64,000 nt of DNA from Parachlamydiales bacterium (GTDB taxonomy: Bacteria; Chlamydiota; Chlamydiia; Chlamydiales; JAJFMK01). The notes below the pieces were generated by a model, which was not told where the DNA came from, made no database searches, and saw nothing but the letters and a program-made list of their open reading frames with translations. Positions 60,113 to 64,000 of the stretch are shown one piece after another; positions within the stretch are counted from its first letter, which is position 1, and every line of letters begins with the position of its first letter. The stretch spans positions 48,168-112,167 of the forward strand of contig CAVXVG010000020.1 of the NCBI GenBank assembly GCA_963765145.1, read 5' to 3'. A program made the translations under genes and the position numbers.

Positions 60113-60741
60113 GGACGACGCCGTTGCCGAGCAAACGACCAATCGCGTCGTCGTTCCGGCCAATCCGAGCAACGTCTCCCTTCTCGCGCCTCGCCACGTG
60201 CTGCTTCCATCGTCAGGCCACGTTCAAAGTGCGAACCGGCGGCGAGTGGGTGGCGGTCGGAAGCAGCGTGGGCCTGCTCCACCGCGTCGTGCGGGCTCCT
60301 GACGCGGCGGGTTAGTGCGTTCTTTCCTGCGACCCGCGCGATGCGCTCATGAACGCTCGCGTTTTCGACGTCCCCTGGGCGACTTGGTCTCAGAGCAGCG
60401 GTCAATGCACGGCCGCCAGTGCGCCGTCGTTCGACCGCGACAGTCCTTTGGCGATGCGAAACCCGATGTTCTCGTTCGTCATGTGGGCGGGGTGCGGGAA
60501 GCCCGCGGGATATGGCGACCACACGCTCAGCGCGCGCAATCTGACCTGGAGGTATTCGATGCGCGGGAGCTTCGCTCCGCTGACCACGTCGCTGGTGAAC
60601 CCGTCCAACGGGACGGCCGTGAGTCCGCAGGCGATGCGCTTCGTCGGTCCTCTCGGCCAACTCGCGGTCGTCGACGGGGAAACGCAGGGTCTCGTCCTCA
60701 TCGACCTCAATCTCGTCGCCGTGGCGCATAGCTACTACTGA
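60113..60741 (+). CDS. 3' fragment of a GC-rich hypothetical gene (foreign segment)
   Basis: GC-rich codon usage; ORF 60349-60741 ends 15 nt before the mutS start; upstream part appears frameshifted. Confidence 0.45.
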
Positions 60742-60756
60742 CGGGCGCCGCTCCAG

Positions 60757-60929
60757 ATGTCCAAGTCCGCGCAGACGCCGGTGATGCGTCAGTATCTCGC
60801 GGCGAAAGCGGGACACCCGGACGCGCTTCTTACTTTCGGATGGGCGACTTCTACGAGCTCTTTTACGAAGACGCCGTGGTCGCCGCCCGGGCGCTCGACC
60901 TGACGCTCACGGCGCGCAACAAAGGCGCG
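60757..60929 (+). pseudogene. mutS: 5' fragment of DNA mismatch repair gene mutS (GC-rich, truncated, one frameshift near 60828)
   Basis: [25 protein letters not shown] / [32 protein letters not shown]. Confidence 0.9.
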
Positions 60930-61170
60930 TAACGGATCTAACAGATCTAAGAGATCTAAGAGATATAAGGATCATAAAGATCAAAAGGATCTAATTGATT
61001 TAACAGATGTAATCGATATAATATATGTAAGCGATTTGATTGATCTAAGAGATATAATCAATATAAGAGATATAATAGATATAATGGACATAATAGATAT
61101 AATGGATCTAATGGATCTAATGAATCTAACGGATTTAAGAGATATAATGATCTAAAAGATATTAGATATG
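60930..61170 (+). repeat. degenerate ~9-bp tandem repeat (AGATCTAAG / AGATATAAT / GGATCTAAT)
   Basis: Repeated GATCTA/GATATA cores at roughly 9-bp period. Confidence 0.75.
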
Positions 61171-61304
61171 TACAGGCATTTAATGATTTAAGGAAAATAT
61201 TAATCAGACGACAAAATAACAGAATTATTAGTCTCTTGTTTTTCTGTTACTGTCATGATAGAAATTATAGGTTGTTGTTTTTCATTAAATCATGAAATAC
61301 ATGT

Positions 61305-63510
61305 ATTCAAAATAAATTTCATTTATACAATTTATTCAATCATTCAATCATTATAACCATTCAAATCATTTGAACTATCATAACCATTAGAACCATTCCA
61401 ATCATCCTAACCATTCGAATCATTCGAACCATTTGAACATCAGAACCATTCGAATCATTCAAACCATTCAAATCATTCAAACCATTCTCACTTTGCTAAT
61501 AATTAGCAAAGTGAAAATTGTTCGAAATAATAAATACTTTTGAGTTTATAGTTTAAAGACAACATTCAATCATTTAAAATTTATAAATCATAAAAAGTTT
61601 TTATTTAATGAATGATTATTCGAAATAAATTTCATTTATACAATTATTCAATCATTCAATCGTTATAACCATTCAAACCATTTAAACATATCATAACCAT
61701 TCTAACCATTAGAATTACCATAATCATTCTAATCATTTAAACTACTACTAATCATTAAACCAGTCAAACCATCCTAATCCATAATCATTATAATCCCATA
61801 ACCATTCAAATCATCAGAACCATTCAAACCATTCAAATTATTACAAACCATTAAACTATTCAAATCATTCAAATCATTACAATTCAACCATTTGAACCAC
61901 CATAACCATTTAAATCATTCAAACCATTATAATCATCAGAATCATTCAAACCATTCAAACCATTCAAACCATTACAACCATTCAAATCAACCAAACCATT
62001 CAAATCATTACAAACATTCAAACCATTCGAACCATTCAAATCATTACTTCAACTTTGCTGATTATTAGAAAAGTGAGAATGGTTTGAAATAATCAAATAC
62101 ATTTAAATTCATAATTTCAAGACAACATTCAATCATTTAAAATTTATAAATCACAAAAAGTTTTTATTTAATCAATGATTATTTGAAATAAATTTCATTA
62201 ATACATTTATTCAATCGTTCAATTGTTATAACCATTCAAACCATTTGAACCACCATAATCATTCTAACCAATTATAACCATTCATAATCATTCAAACAAT
62301 TCTAATCATCCTACCATTAAAATCATCAGAATCATTCAAACCATTCAAACCATTTAAACCATCAAATAATTCAAACCATTCTCACTTTGCTAATTATTTG
62401 AAAAGTGAGAATGGTTTGAAATAATTAATACATTTGAATTCATAAATTTCAAGACAACATTCAATCATTTAAAATTTATAAATCACAAAAAGTTTTTATT
62501 TAATTAATGATTATTTGAAATAAATTTCATTTATACATTTATTCAATCATTCAATTATTCTAACCATTCAAATCATTTGAACGATCATAACCATTATAAC
62601 CATTTGAACCACCATAATCATTCTAACCATTTAAACTACATTAATCATTCAATCAGCCAAACCATTCTAATCCCATAACCATTAAAACCATCAAAATCAT
62701 TCAAACCATTCAAATCATTAAAACATTTAAATCATTCAAATCATTCAAATCATTACATAACATTACAATCATCAAAAACATTCAAATCATTCTAACCATT
62801 CAAATAATTATTTCGATCATAAGATCATCATAATCATCATAAGATTAAAATCTTCAAATATTCTAATTTTGACATAACAATAAAATCATTAGAATCATGA
62901 AAACTATTCAAACCATTCAAACCAATTCAAACCATTTGAACCATAAGAACTATTACAATACATCAGAACCACCATAACCATTCAAATCATTCAAATCATT
63001 ACGAAGTCATTATAAAATCATTCGAAACCATTCGAATCATTCAAACCATTCTCACTTTGCTGATTATTAGAAAAGTGAGAATGGTTTGAAATAATAAATA
63101 CATTTGAATTCATAATTTCAAGACAACATTCAATCATTTAAAATATATAAATCACAAAAAGTTTTTATTTAATCAATGATTATTTGAAATAAATTTCATT
63201 TATACATTTATTCGATCATTCAATTGTTATAACCATTCAAACCATTTGAACTACAATAATCATTCAACCCAGTCGAACCATTATAATCCCATAACCATTA
63301 TAATCATCATAACCATTATGATCATCAGAACCATTAAAATCATTCAAACCATTCAAATCATAAACCATCTAATCAATTCAAACCATTCTCACCTTTGGTA
63401 TTATTAGAAAAGTGATAATGGTTTGAAATAATAAATATCTTTGAATTGATAATTTCAAGACAACATTCAATCATTTAAAATTTATCAATCACGAAAAGTT
63501 TTTATTTAGA
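61305..63510 (+). repeat. composite AT-rich array: AACCATTCA/AATCATTCA 9-mer tracts alternating with a ~200-bp hairpin-containing unit
   Basis: Units begin near 61476, 62045, 62370, 63040 and 63377 (last truncated); partial tail at 61305; no ORF of 60 aa or more. Confidence 0.9.
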
Positions 63511-63600
63511 GAGCATTCAAAAATCGTTCAACAAATTGTATTTAGTTACACAGTACCTTTTAAAAAATTATTTAGAAAAAAAAGTGAAATAATGTTAATG

Positions 63601-63879
63601 ATGCTTTCAACAATCGAACATTTGTTAGACGGTATTAAAATTTCAAAAGCATCCTCAACATTTAAAAAGGTATATTTGAGATTAATACCTTTACTAGTTG
63701 ATGAATTCAATAGAATTCATCCGCCAAAATTTTGGAAGACCTAGAAAATAGATATGTCAAAAGTGTTTGAAGTTATTTTTTATATAGCTAGAACTGGAAT
63801 TAAGTTTTTAGAAGCTTCAGAAACTTTTGATATACCATTTAGTGTAAGCATCCCGAATTACGAAAAAAATAAGGACTGA
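63601..63879 (+). pseudogene. IS5-family transposase N-terminal fragment
   Basis: HPPKF(GRPRK)IDMSKVFEVIFYIARTGIKF; in-frame TAG at 63742 lies between two compensating homopolymer indels. Confidence 0.5.
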
Positions 63880-64000
63880 CCACCTGTGCATTTTTATTGG
63901 CACTACAATACAACGTCTCTTATCGAATAACTCACCTCTCATATAGTCTTAGAAATAACTCTTATTAATCTTGAATACGGCGAGTTTGATGTCATGAGAC

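Noticed and set aside
60070..60816. 248-aa Arg-rich minus-strand ORF and other overlapping ORFs
   Set aside because: Artefacts of stop-codon scarcity in GC-rich DNA; the + strand carries the recognisable mutS.
60757..60929. Horizontally acquired functional mutS
   Set aside because: Only ~57 codons with a frameshift, cut at a compositional break; a chimeric join is more parsimonious.
61305..63510. CRISPR array
   Set aside because: Units are ~200 bp, spacers are themselves repetitive and vary by hundreds of bases, and no cas genes are present.

Overview
Positions 1 to ~60,110 come from an environmental member of the Chlamydiae. The evidence is the rplC...rplQ ribosomal-protein cluster in Chlamydia-type order (no rpsJ, rpsN, rpmD, adk, infA, rpmJ or rpsD), followed by gapA, the Chlamydiae-specific regulator grgA and tRNA-Leu(TAA). 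The tRNA is an integration hotspot. It carries a 13.2-kb integrase / Xis / DUF927-helicase / primase island resembling a phage satellite. A 2,715-bp integrase-less mini-island with the same ends follows and carries an AbiEi/AbiEii type IV toxin-antitoxin pair. A degenerate fourth att copy at ~42.65 kb hints at an older third segment. Downstream is an accessory region of effector-like genes (nucleotidyltransferase-motif protein, LRR proteins, kinase, GNATs, NUDT9-like Nudix, trypsin-like protein), outer-membrane proteins and nested MITE/REP-like palindromes. At ~60,110 the composition switches abruptly to a GC-rich fragment containing a truncated mutS. At ~60,930 it switches again to a very AT-rich, ORF-free array of 9-bp microsatellite interspersed with five copies of a ~200-bp hairpin unit, ending in an IS5-like fragment. 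These last 3.9 kb probably do not belong to the chlamydial genome. Several genes are split by single-base homopolymer indels, suggesting an unpolished long-read assembly. All calls are by eye; no database search was run.
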